NCBI GenBank assembly: GCA_963841765.1
Contig: CAWJDZ010000004.1
Coordinates: 4,677 to 68,676, forward strand
From: an uncultured Alphaproteobacteria bacterium
GTDB lineage: Bacteria; Pseudomonadota; Alphaproteobacteria; Rhizobiales; Aestuariivirgaceae
Direction: 5' to 3'
DNA length: 64,000 bases
Below, piece after piece: positions 19,136-28,629 of this stretch. The notes beneath the pieces were generated by a model. It saw nothing but the letters and a program-made list of their open reading frames with translations, had not been told where the DNA came from and searched no databases. How positions within the stretch are numbered: position 1 is the stretch's first letter; every line of letters begins with the position of its first letter. A program made the translations under genes and the position numbers.

Positions 19136-19855
19136 GACCCCCGGCCGGAAGCCCAACGGATCAATCCGGCCGAGCTCGCCTACTTCGTCGGTGCGCTCGA
19201 GCAGGCGCTTGACCTGGGTGGGGTCCGGGGGCGAGGCGTGCTGCTCGCTGGACAACGAATGCCAGGCGTAACTCCGGAGGAGATCGAGCGGCCGCGACAC
19301 CAGATACATCAGCCCGTAGGACACCAGCACGCTGACGATCGAAGATGATGCTGAGAAGATAGATCTCCTTGCCAATGGCGGTCTGAACCTGCAAGGCGAA
19401 GTGGTCCTTGTCCATGCCGACATGCACAGCAGCCGGCCTCGCTGGCAAGGATGCCTGCCGTGACCTCCGAGAAGTTTCCGAGGCCCGCGAGCGTGCGGTC
19501 GTAGACGTCCTTCGCGTCCTTGTAGTCGGCGACGATCTCGTCCGGAACGCCCGGCACGAAGGTATGAGCGATGATGTCGCCTTTCCCGTCCACAACGAAG
19601 ACGTAGGAGATGCCTGGAGATCTCGATGATATTGGTCGATGACGGACTGAAGGGCCGAATAGTTCTGGTGGACGATCAGGTCGACTGTCCGAGTTGGCAA
19701 TGCTGCGCGCGATCGCCCGACTGCTTCTTCAGGAAATCGCCAGTCAGCTGTCGGTCGACGGTGTAGACGTAGATGGCGGAGGTCGACACCAAGATGAGCC
19801 CTATCATGGCGAATACGCCGAACAGGGTCTTCTGATAGAACCGGGCGATCCTCAT
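19132..19855 (-). CDS. Two-TM membrane sensor with periplasmic domain and HAMP, no output domain (frameshifted)
   Basis: TM1; SYVFVVDGKGDIIAHTFVPGVP; VHVGMD; TM2; RPL...RTDEVGELGR HAMP. ATGA overlap with the upstream SBP gene. Confidence 0.7.
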
Positions 19856-21196
19856 CGTTTCGTCCAAGCCTCCCACTCACCGTCGCTGCAACGGCACGAA
19901 CTGGTCGTCTCTGACCACGGTATAGTAGACTTGGTCCGAGGCCTGGCGGCGGGCCGTGCGCCGCCGAAGGACAGCGGCTGTCCCATGCCGAGATCGAAGT
20001 CGCCCATGGTCAGCGCGGTCGCTGCCAGATCGGCACGTCTGGGATCGGCGCCCATCCGCTGGAGGATCGCGACGAAGAGTTTGGCGTTCAGATAGCCCTC
20101 AAGGCTGATAAAGCTATAGGGGAGCGGCGCATACTCCCGCTCTGCCGTCTTTCCGTCCGGATAAAGCAGGGAATCCGGCGGCATGATGTCATCGCGGTAG
20201 CGGTCCATCGCCTCGCGATATTCGCGCAGCGACCGGGACCGAATCGTCTTGATAGCTCGGCACAACCTGGGAGCTCACCAGCCGGGAGATGTAGTCCTTG
20301 TCCAATTTCCGCTCTGCGTCGGACAGCAGCTTGAGCATGGCCTCGCCGCCGACAAACGAGATCGTCGCGACTGGGGCAGTCGACACCTCTGTCGCGCATA
20401 TCGCGAATGAATCCAGCACAGGCCGGATAGTGTGCCGACACAGATAACGGCATCGGGCTGCAGGCGCTGCATGATCGCCACCTGACGATCATAGCTCTGG
20501 TCGAAGGGCGAGCCGCGCCGATAGGTGGCTTCGCCGGCGATCTTCAGACCATACTTGTCCAATGCCTCGCGCAAGCCGGCCCATCCCGCCCGGCCATAGG
20601 CGTCCGCTTGATAGAACACCGCAATGCGAGTTTGATTGATGGCGACGAAGTGATCGACAAGTCCCTTGGTCTCCTGGTCGTATGAGGCGCGTAGATTGAA
20701 GGGAAGCTGTCATATGGCGGAATTCGGCTGGTAGCTGCCCCGGTGAAGGGGAAGAACAGCAGGAAATTCTCGGCGTGATGCATGCTGCAGAAGCGGCAGC
20801 GTCCGGATCATGGTCGGCGTGCCGACATAGGTGAACAGCGCGAAGACATCATCTTCAGTCATCAGCTTCAGCGTGTTGCGGATCGCGAGGTCGGGCTGGT
20901 ACTGGTCGTCATAGGCCTTGATCACGACCCGTCTGCCATTGACGCCGCCGGCGTTGTTGAGCGGAAGCAGATAGGCCATGGCGCCACGATAGAGTTCGAT
21001 GCTGAGCGCCCGCGCACTTGCCGAAAAATCCGCCGACATGCCGAGGCGGATTTCGCTTTGGCCGGCGCCCTGCTGATCGTGCATGGGGGGCCGCGCCGTT
21101 TTTCCTTCGCCGAGGCCGGATCGCCGAAGAATGCGACGAGAGCCAACAGGCCCAGCGCGAAAATCGGTCCCAAAATGAGTTTTATATGCGCGATTA
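19852..21196 (-). CDS. Branched-chain amino acid-type (Peripla_BP_6) substrate-binding protein (several frameshifts)
   Basis: IRLGMSADFS, NNAGGVNGRRV...YDDQYQP, YVGTPT, NLRASY.QET, FYQADAYG, SLEGYLNAK; start uncertain. Confidence 0.8.
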
Positions 21197-21576
21197 GCGG
21201 GTTCCTCTTTCTCCTAACCCTCTTGCACGCGAAGAAGGACAGCACAAAGCCAATTCTTTCTCCAGCGTGGCACCCCGAGTCGATCGGCGCTGCTTCTTTC
21301 TTCGCGCACGTCCACGGCGATGAACCTTCCGGCATTTTTCTTCGGTTGTCGATCTTATCAAATTACATTTGACGGCACCCAGAACGAAAGAGGCAAATAG
21401 CCCGCTTCCTATCTCGGTCTGACGGCAGTAAAGGAATTCATCTTGACGGAAGCGCCGTGGAGGGCCCCGGCGCGATCGTTCGCCACGAGCCCTGTCAGGA
21501 ACTCAGCAGGTGCAGTCCCCCAATATCGCCACTTCGGACTGCGTCTCCTTCTTCGCCAGAGCGGCTCAATCGAGCC

Positions 21577-24561
21577 TTACCAGACGAACCGCACTCCGGC
21601 ATTGCCGGTCCAGGCTTCATAGTCATCGGCGAACACATAATTGCCGCGCACGAAAGTAGACCAGCCGTCGGGGTTGGCCGCGCTCAAGCCCACCGCCACA
21701 TCGCCAAAGGTCGAGCCCTGATCGGCGGATACGCCAAACTCCGGCACGCCGGTATCGACGACCGACACGTCCAAATCGCCACCCGCGAGAACCTCCCATA
21801 CGCTCGCCGTCACATCCGCCGACAAGACCGTGGCGTCGGGCTGAGTATGGTCGACGCCGGCGCGCAGGCCAAGCCTGCCGCGCACGCTCGTATCGTCATC
21901 GAACTCGACATTGCCGCCATAGATCTCAACATCGTCGATCTCGGAATGGACGACCGCGAGCGACGCCTGCGGCTCGAGGAAGGCGGAGTAGCCGAACCTG
22001 TAGCCGGTATCGAGACGCCCGCCGACATTCACCGCATCGGTGTTCGAGTCATCGGCGTCGCTCGCGAGATCGTCCGGATCGATGTCGATATCGAGGAAGT
22101 CGGCCTTCACCGTCGCGTCGGCATAGAAGGCGTGGTCGAGATAGGTCACATAGGCGCCGACCGTCGGACCCTGCATATTCCACTTGGTGTCGGTCGCCTT
22201 GAACTTGAGATCGGAATCGATGTAGCCGCCGAAGACGCCGAAGAGCCACGCATTGGCAAAGGCTTCCTTGGTGCCGAAGTCGAAGCCCGCCATGCCGCCA
22301 TAGATCGTCTGCTTCTGGTTGAGATCGAAGCCATTCTCTTCATCGTCGCGTTCGATATAGGCGCCAAAGCCCTTGAACCAGAAGCCGGGCGCCATGATGG
22401 CGGTGGCGATTGGTGTCGGCTCGACGGGTTCGCTGTAATCGGCGACCGGCGTCACGCCCACGCCTTGCAGCAGGGGGCGCAGATCGGCCTGGCGGTGCAG
22501 CACGGTGCCGATGGTCTGCCACCAGATGTCCTGGGTCGCGGCAAAGCCCGCTGGGAATTCGAAGGCGCCGGCGCCGAGGACGGGCGCGCCCGTGCCGTCG
22601 GGATTGGTGGTGAGGGTATAGAGCTCATGCCAATTCTCGGCTTCATCGAAGCGCATGCCCCAGGTGAAGAAGCCGCCGCTCAGCGGGCCGTCGAGCACAA
22701 AGTGGCCCTCGCCCGTCGATGGGCTCGACGCGCCCTCCACGCGCACGACGGGTATGCCTTCGATATTGGCGCCATTGGCCGCTACGACATTGACATGAAC
22801 GGTGGTCGTGCCTTCGGTAGAGCCACGGATGAGCAACTCGTCGGATAAGTGATCCGTCGCCGGATTAGACCCCGGCCCCAGCGCGGCATCGACCGCGAGG
22901 TGGCCATTGTTGCCCACATAGATCAAAGATCCTCCGCCGACCCCCGGCTCGAAATCCAATACGGATTCATCGGTCAGGACGAGGGTATCGCCCCGCTGGC
23001 CGTCGACAAGTGAAATCAGGCCGCCTTCATTGGTGAATGTTTCCAGACGGAAGATCCGCGTCGTTTCGAGGGTCGAGGAGTCATCGGCAGCGACAAATAC
23101 GCCGGTGTTGAGCACCTCATCCTCAAAGCTACCGCCGAAATCGCTGTCGCCGCCGGCCATATTCCAGAAGCCGCTGTTGTCGACGGTATCCTTGCCGGAG
23201 AACGCTTCGAAATGGACGGTGCCGATGAGGTTGCCCTGGTTGTCGACGAAGGTGTCGCCGTCTTCCGAAAAGGTCCTAATGGCAAGGTCAAAGGATTCGC
23301 CCGAAAGATTGCGCACCAGGCCCGCATTATCGATGTTGATGTCGCGGAAGTTCGTATAGACGCCAATGCCCCCCGTCTTGCCCTGCACCAGACCGTCGCC
23401 AAAGACATTTATGTTGACAACGCCGTCGTAGCCGCGATGCACTGCATCTATGCCGAACGCATCATAATCCTCAAAGGCCTCGCCTCTGCCCGTCACCGAG
23501 CCATGGACATTGACCGTGAGATCGCCGTCGCCGAACTGCGCCGCATCGATGCCGTCGTCACCGTCGCCCCTGACGATGCTGCCCGAGCCCGTGGTAATCG
23601 TCAGCGTTGTGCCAAAGTTGCGCGCATAAATGCCGTCACCCGGATCGTACTCGTTAGTAGAATATCCGGCGACATAGCCATTGGCCTCGATGTTGAGTTC
23701 GCCGCTGCCGTAATTCCTGGCCTGGATGCCGTGGCCGCCGCCCCGGACCACGCTCTGGGCGCCGGTGGTGATTTCGAGATTGATGCCCCCGTTTCGGGCA
23801 TAGATGCCGTCATAGCCGTAGCCCGACACATAGCCGTCGGCCATGATCGAAAGGCTGCCGTTATCCTCGCCATAACCCTGCAGGACCGCGTCGATGCCAT
23901 TGTGGTCACCGCGGACCAGCGTGTCGGCGCCCGTCGTGATGTTGAGATTGCCGGCGCGACTAAAGGCGTGGATGCCGTCGGCGATATGAAACTCGGCGTT
24001 GGGATCGACTCTCCCGGTGATCACGGCATTGCCGGTGATCTCGATATTGGTGTCGTACGGGCCATTTTCGCTCACATAATTGTGGTCGACGTCGTTGCGC
24101 GCAAAAATGCCGCTGCCGTTATTGCCGGTGATCGTGCCGTTGGTGGTGACTTGGATTTTGGCATACAGCCCTTCCAGGCCGTCATATGCCCTGACATAGA
24201 GGCCGTCGCCGTCCAGGTTGGTGATCGAGGACGCATGGCTGTCGTTGAACTGGATGAAGCCTTCACCCGTGACCCGAACGCCATCAGTCGTCACCGTCAA
24301 GGAGGGCGCCGCCGTCTCCACCGCCGCATTGGTGTTGTCGTTGACGACGCCGGTTTCCGTGCCGCTGCAGACCAGTGTCGGAAATGGCGAGTAGTTGCAA
24401 ACCGCATAGGCCTGGCGCCCATAGCCCAGAAACGGCACCACGGCCAGGATGGTCGTGGCCGCCAGCCGGCTGCGCAGGAGCCGGCTCGTCGCCCTCTTCC
24501 GAGGGGTATCCGACAGCATCCAGTTCAGCGGCTTTGCCATTTCCCCATTCCCCCTAACCAA
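21577..24561 (-). CDS. Autotransporter with Gly/Asp-rich repetitive beta-helical passenger
   Basis: Extended signal peptide; repeated GIxAxN.G...ITTG..S.VRG units; C-terminal beta-barrel ending in AGVRFVW. Confidence 0.9.
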   Translation of the reverse strand: MVRGNGEMAKPLNWMLSDTPRKRATSRLLRSRLAATTILAVVPFLGYGRQAYAVCNYSPFPTLVCSGTETGVVNDNTNAAVETAAPSLTVTTDGVRVTGEGFIQFNDSHASSITNLDGDGLYVRAYDGLEGLYAKIQVTTNGTITGNNGSGIFARNDVDHNYVSENGPYDTNIEITGNAVITGRVDPNAEFHIADGIHAFSRAGNLNITTGADTLVRGDHNGIDAVLQGYGEDNGSLSIMADGYVSGYGYDGIYARNGGINLEITTGAQSVVRGGGHGIQARNYGSGELNIEANGYVAGYSTNEYDPGDGIYARNFGTTLTITTGSGSIVRGDGDDGIDAAQFGDGDLTVNVHGSVTGRGEAFEDYDAFGIDAVHRGYDGVVNINVFGDGLVQGKTGGIGVYTNFRDINIDNAGLVRNLSGESFDLAIRTFSEDGDTFVDNQGNLIGTVHFEAFSGKDTVDNSGFWNMAGGDSDFGGSFEDEVLNTGVFVAADDSSTLETTRIFRLETFTNEGGLISLVDGQRGDTLVLTDESVLDFEPGVGGGSLIYVGNNGHLAVDAALGPGSNPATDHLSDELLIRGSTEGTTTVHVNVVAANGANIEGIPVVRVEGASSPSTGEGHFVLDGPLSGGFFTWGMRFDEAENWHELYTLTTNPDGTGAPVLGAGAFEFPAGFAATQDIWWQTIGTVLHRQADLRPLLQGVGVTPVADYSEPVEPTPIATAIMAPGFWFKGFGAYIERDDEENGFDLNQKQTIYGGMAGFDFGTKEAFANAWLFGVFGGYIDSDLKFKATDTKWNMQGPTVGAYVTYLDHAFYADATVKADFLDIDIDPDDLASDADDSNTDAVNVGGRLDTGYRFGYSAFLEPQASLAVVHSEIDDVEIYGGNVEFDDDTSVRGRLGLRAGVDHTQPDATVLSADVTASVWEVLAGGDLDVSVVDTGVPEFGVSADQGSTFGDVAVGLSAANPDGWSTFVRGNYVFADDYEAWTGNAGVRFVW

Positions 24562-24579
24562 TCTCGCAGCGAACCGTCA

Positions 24580-25389
24580 TCAAAATTGACCGCCGTGTTC
24601 CGGCCCGCCACCAGGCCTGCCACCGCCAAAGCCGCCGCCGCCGGGCGGCCCGCCGTCTCCGGGCGGTCCGTCGCCGGCGGGCGCTGCACCCGCGGGCGAT
24701 GCGCCGGGACCCTTCTTTCCCTCAGGCGCCTGCAGCAAGCCCAGGCTTGAGCGGCAGGACTGCGTGTTGAGACGGAAACTCCCCGCCAGCGAGCGCTGAT
24801 CGGCGATATAGGGCAGCGCGCGCAAGGCCTGAGCCTTGGGGCGGCCGCCCAGTTCCTCGACGCTGCCGCTCCTCGCGCGCCCGACGCCGCAGCCCTGCGG
24901 GATCGATTCGCAATGGCCGGCCGCGCAGAGCCTCACCCCGCCCTGCAGCACCGCGATGAGCGTCTCGCGGCCTGAGGAAAAGTCGAAAGCCGTGCCGCGA
25001 ATGCCGATCGTCGCATTGGAGGTCTGAATGTCATAGGCGCTCTTGGCGCTGTTACCGCTGATGAAACGGAATGTGCCGCGCAAGGCGTCGACGGAGAACT
25101 TCTGGGCCCGATTGCCGCCGCGCATCAGGAAGCGGTCGATGACCAGTGTCGAATTGGGCCCGACCACAAGCTTCGTTTGGTCGATGAATGTGATCTGGAC
25201 ATTGCCGCGGCCGGTCACCAGCCGGTCATTCTCAAAGATGGCGCTGCCGGCGCTGAGCGGCCGGCCCGAAGCCGTGGGCGAGCCCACGGCGGCGGCCACT
25301 CTTCCGATAGATGTTGCCGCAATGCCGGGCCCCGAAAGCGCCAATAGCCCTACCAATGCCACGAACAAGAGTCGGGCCAAACTCGCCAT
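24580..25389 (-). CDS. Secreted FecR-domain protein, paralog of 16688..17509
   Basis: MASLARLLF signal peptide; shares TKLVVGPNSTLVIDRFL and QKFSVDALRGTFRFISG; Gly/Pro-rich tail. Confidence 0.85.
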   Translation of the reverse strand: MASLARLLFVALVGLLALSGPGIAATSIGRVAAAVGSPTASGRPLSAGSAIFENDRLVTGRGNVQITFIDQTKLVVGPNSTLVIDRFLMRGGNRAQKFSVDALRGTFRFISGNSAKSAYDIQTSNATIGIRGTAFDFSSGRETLIAVLQGGVRLCAAGHCESIPQGCGVGRARSGSVEELGGRPKAQALRALPYIADQRSLAGSFRLNTQSCRSSLGLLQAPEGKKGPGASPAGAAPAGDGPPGDGGPPGGGGFGGGRPGGGPEHGGQF

Positions 25390-25612
25390 GAAGGCTCTCC
25401 CCCTGCCAATCCCCGCGTTGAAGGAATTTTGACGTGTTTCGCTGTAAAAGACAACCGACAAAATGCGTTTGGTTATCGCGCATTAAGGACTTTGTTTTCG
25501 TTCCAGAACAGCGCTCATCGTTGCAATCATCAGCCAGCGCTTTGCCACCGCCAAAAGGCCGAACCGCAACCGAAAGGCGTAGGCCTCGAAGGTTTTGCCA
25601 GCCTCTCCCGGC

Positions 25613-26176
25613 CTAGATCACTCTTTCGTTTCGCCTCGCGACAATGCCCCGATGGAGAACTCGGCTCAAGGCATTGAGGCCCGACCGCAACAGACCGAGC
25701 TCAACATCGCGCATGCGGTCATTCTCCGAGATGCACACGTCCCAGACGATGCTGGTGACGGAGGGCGCGGCCCGATCGAGCGTGTCGACCTCGCGCAGCG
25801 CTTCCATATAGGCGCGCGCCCGCCCTGCCGACTTGACCGGGTTGCCGCCAGCGCTCGAGCCCTGAAACGAGGGGAGGAAGCTTGCCTTGTGCTTGCCGGG
25901 CCGCTGGCCGCCCGCGGTGGCCAGGTAGTCGCGCATGGTGAGGGCAAAATCATAACCGGCATCGCCCTGCGCTTGGGTGATGATGTTCCAGTGGAGGAGC
26001 CGGCCCAAGGGTGAGCCCATCGCATCGCAAGAGGCGAGTTCGCTTGATATGCCGAAGACGCGCATGCGCGCCTCGAGCGCGACGCGGCGCGCTTCGTCTT
26101 GGCGCTCGGCTTTCATCCTGTCGCCCGAGGCGTAACGGTGCCCCGGCTTACGCTTGCGTCCGGTTTTCATCAGCAT
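25613..26176 (-). CDS. Phage-type DUF6456-like putative late-transcription regulator
   Basis: GRKRKPG N-terminus; GSPLGRL...ITQAQ.DAG..F; C-terminal V.DVCI...LRSGLNAL pattern typical of alphaproteobacterial prophage or GTA activators. Confidence 0.6.
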   Translation of the reverse strand: MLMKTGRKRKPGHRYASGDRMKAERQDEARRVALEARMRVFGISSELASCDAMGSPLGRLLHWNIITQAQGDAGYDFALTMRDYLATAGGQRPGKHKASFLPSFQGSSAGGNPVKSAGRARAYMEALREVDTLDRAAPSVTSIVWDVCISENDRMRDVELGLLRSGLNALSRVLHRGIVARRNERVI

Positions 26177-26209
26177 CTCCTCCGTTGATCCGGGCACCTG
26201 TCGCGCCCG

Positions 26210-26549
26210 TTACGGTGGCGGGCGCATGCGATAGCGGCCGGTGATGATGATGCCGGGAACGAAGGCCAATGTCGGCACCGCCGTCTCTCCTGCCGGCGAA
26301 TAGAGCCAGCACCGCGCCGCATCGGGCGGGCCCACGATCATCCGGGCGATGCACGCATAATTCTCGTCCCCAAGGACCGGCACCCCGCGCCGGCGAAAGT
26401 GCTCGTCACACGACTTCGTGGGGAAGAAAAGGGTCGGGCCGGGAGCCACGCCTGGGGAGGAAGACGGCTCAACCGGCCCTGCCGCCGCGAGTTGGTCTCT
26501 AGCGGCGGGTCTCATTTCATGCAGGCGTGGGCACTCACTCGTCATCATG
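26210..26549 (-). CDS. Hypothetical protein divergent from the repressor
   Basis: ORF in the position usually held by cro, but no recognisable HTH. Confidence 0.35.
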
Positions 26550-26558
26550 AACATAATA

Positions 26559-26619
26559 TACGCTTTTTTCGTATTATTTGTCAAGCTTGAAATCGTATGG
26601 CTCTTACGCTATTATCGTC
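26559..26619. promoter_or_regulatory. Putative operator array, upstream of the CI-like gene
   Basis: TACG-N7-CGTA (26559), a degenerate site ending CGTA (26583) and TACG-N7-CGTC (26605) in an AT-rich divergent region. Confidence 0.65.
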
Positions 26620-26621
26620 AA

Positions 26622-27317
26622 ATGATTGATATTCCGGTCACGGAACGTCTGAAGGCGCTGCGCCGGCGGGCAGGCGTCAGCATGGCGGAGGCCGCGGCGG
26701 CCTGCGGCCACAAAACGCCCTCGGGCTACCAGCACTATGAAGACTCGAAGAAGTTCACTCGCTCTTATCTGCCGCGCGAGATGATCGAGAGACTTCTGCC
26801 TATTCTCGTGGGCAGAGCGGCCAAAGGTGAGGCTGCCGTCCTCGCGGCCGAGATCTGGGAGCTGGGCGGCATCGCCAGAGGCGATCCGCCGACTTACGTC
26901 GAAACTGCCCCTCCGCCGCTCAGGACATCCCTCGTTCCCATCTATTCCGCCGCCCAGGGCGGCAAGGGCCATATCATCATCGATACAAATCCGATCGAGG
27001 AGGCGCGGCCGCCGGATGAGATCATCCGTGTCCGGGATGCCTATGGGATCCTGATCGTCGGGGACTCCATGGTGCCCGCCTACAGGCCCGGCGACGTCGC
27101 CTGGGTGAATCCACACAAGCCGGTGGAACGCGACACCGATGTGGTTCTTTACCACGTGCCGCCGCATGGCGAGGCCGAGGCGATCATCAAGGCACTGATC
27201 GGGTTTTCAGGGCACGAGTGGAAATTGCGCCAATATCAACCGCCGCGCGATTTCACCAAATCGCGCATCGACTGGCCGGTCTGTCACCGCATCGTCGGCA
27301 AGCGCAACGCGCGCTGA
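26622..27317 (+). CDS. CI/LexA-like phage repressor (XRE HTH plus S24 peptidase)
   Basis: RLKALRRRAGVSMAEAA..CG..TPSGYQHYE HTH; AAQGG cleavage region; GDSMVP Ser and IIK Lys. Confidence 0.92.
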   Translation: MIDIPVTERLKALRRRAGVSMAEAAAACGHKTPSGYQHYEDSKKFTRSYLPREMIERLLPILVGRAAKGEAAVLAAEIWELGGIARGDPPTYVETAPPPLRTSLVPIYSAAQGGKGHIIIDTNPIEEARPPDEIIRVRDAYGILIVGDSMVPAYRPGDVAWVNPHKPVERDTDVVLYHVPPHGEAEAIIKALIGFSGHEWKLRQYQPPRDFTKSRIDWPVCHRIVGKRNAR

Positions 27318-27322
27318 GGATT

Positions 27323-27462
27323 TAGAGCAAATCCCGCCAAAGGCCTGCCCCGAACTCGATCCGGGGTTGAAGACTTTGGCGATAAGGATTTGCTCCAGCA
27401 TATTGATTTGGCGCAAATCCTTATCGGCGAAGCAATTCCACTTCGCCGGGATGCGCGGCTAG
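27323..27462 (+). repeat. About 140-bp MITE-like element, family A
   Basis: tagagcaaatcccgccaaaggcctgcccc...cacttcgccgggatgcgc..ctag; multiple near-identical copies in the window. Confidence 0.95.
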
Positions 27463-27716
27463 GCCGCCGCTGCCGCGACGTCGCCATCCTCAGGCACCTT
27501 GCCCCAGCGCGACAGGATCACAGCATCCTCATAGTCGCCGGTCTCCGGGTCGCCACGGCGCGAAAAGGCAATGACGCCCACGGCTAGGCGCTGGTGCTGC
27601 GAGACGAGCCTCAGCGCGTGCTCGGCATCGCCGGCGGCGATCGCCGGCAAAGCGGCGAGCGCGCCCCTGGTGGTCTCCTGGTAGGGCTGGACAACGTAGT
27701 AGGTATGCAGGGCCAT
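27459..27716 (-). CDS. Small SOS-regulated hypothetical protein
   Basis: TYYVVQPY...GVIAFSRRGDPETGDYEDAVILSRWGKVP; GGAGG RBS; LexA box upstream. Confidence 0.8.
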   Translation of the reverse strand: MALHTYYVVQPYQETTRGALAALPAIAAGDAEHALRLVSQHQRLAVGVIAFSRRGDPETGDYEDAVILSRWGKVPEDGDVAAAAA

Positions 27717-27763
27717 GTGGCTTGCCTCCCTTCGCTTTCGTTTCAAGGCTGGACCCAATTCTT

Positions 27764-27778
27764 GAACAAATCAAGAAC
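27764..27778. promoter_or_regulatory. Alphaproteobacterial LexA (SOS) box
   Basis: GAAC-aaatcaa-GAAC (GTTC-N7-GTTC on the minus strand). Confidence 0.8.
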
Positions 27779-27793
27779 TAACTTTTCACCTGA

Positions 27794-27848
27794 TACGCCA
27801 AATTCGTTTGATACGCTTTATACGTTGTACGATGTCGAATTTTACGTA
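27794..27848. promoter_or_regulatory. Putative operator array, downstream of the CI-like gene
   Basis: TACG-N7-CGTT (27794), TACG-N7-CGTT (27812), GTCG-N7-CGTA (27834). Confidence 0.65.
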
Positions 27849-27881
27849 TATATATGCCCGCGACCTGTATAGGAGACGGCG

Positions 27882-28076
27882 ATGATCTTCACGGAAGCTC
27901 AAGCCCGGCGGCGGCGCAATGCGCTCTATATCGAGGCTCATGCCAAGGCCTGGGCGGAAGCCTCGCCTGTCGAGCGCGAATTGGCCACTCTCGCCATGAA
28001 GGATCGATGGACCGACGCCGAGCGGGCTCGCCATGCCGAGCTCACGAGGCTATCGCAAGGGACGCACGCGCCATGA
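27882..28076 (+). CDS. Small phage-like hypothetical protein
   Basis: AGGAGA RBS; 64 aa; ATGA-coupled to the next ORF. Confidence 0.7.
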   Translation: MIFTEAQARRRRNALYIEAHAKAWAEASPVERELATLAMKDRWTDAERARHAELTRLSQGTHAP

Positions 28077-28333
28077 TGGTCGCGGCTTACATCCCATTGC
28101 GGGAGCGTGACATCGTGGTGGGCGATCTCGAAATCCGCATCCGCCCTGTCTATGACGAAGCTTTTGCCGATGATCTCAGCTGCGATGTCTTCTTCATCGG
28201 AGCAGATGACAGGCAGCACGCTTTCACCGATATGCGGGCCCGCGAGATCCTGACCGAGATCAAGCGCGATCACCCCGCCACCTGGCGCGAGATCAAGGAA
28301 GCCGCGGAATCCAACTATCGGGACCGGGAGTGA
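28073..28333 (+). CDS. Small phage-like hypothetical protein
   Basis: MMVAAYIPLRERDIVVGDLEIRIRP...; translational coupling to the previous ORF. Confidence 0.7.
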   Translation: MMVAAYIPLRERDIVVGDLEIRIRPVYDEAFADDLSCDVFFIGADDRQHAFTDMRAREILTEIKRDHPATWREIKEAAESNYRDRE

Positions 28334-28629
28334 GTTGACGCACTGTTGACGCACTACAAACGTCTCAGCTGCTTTTTCATGTGGCGATGCGATTGCCCAA
28401 ACAACCGCTAATGCAGGATCGGCGACCGGCAAAAACACCAATGGGAAGCTCATCCCAAGCCCGCCGAATTGAGCGCGAAAGCTGAACTCCACAAAACCAC
28501 ACGGGTATCGCCGGCACAGCCTCGGGACGTCGCGCGACGGCAGCGCAAAAGGAACCCGGGATTCAAAAAGTGCCAAGCCTAGCGCACCTCTTGCGTCATG
28601 CTAGAGTAAGGCCGCAGAGGGAGACACCA

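Noticed and set aside
21457-24750. Long plus-strand ORFs (463 and 512 aa) opposite the autotransporter, and similar antisense ORFs opposite dapE, argB and ureC
   Set aside because: Shadow ORFs caused by high-GC codon bias; they carry no recognisable motifs.
27207-27487. Recurring peptide '[29 protein letters not shown]' in several ORFs
   Set aside because: It is the translation of repeat family A, not a protein domain. It also produces false N-terminal extensions such as ureB 34807..35220.
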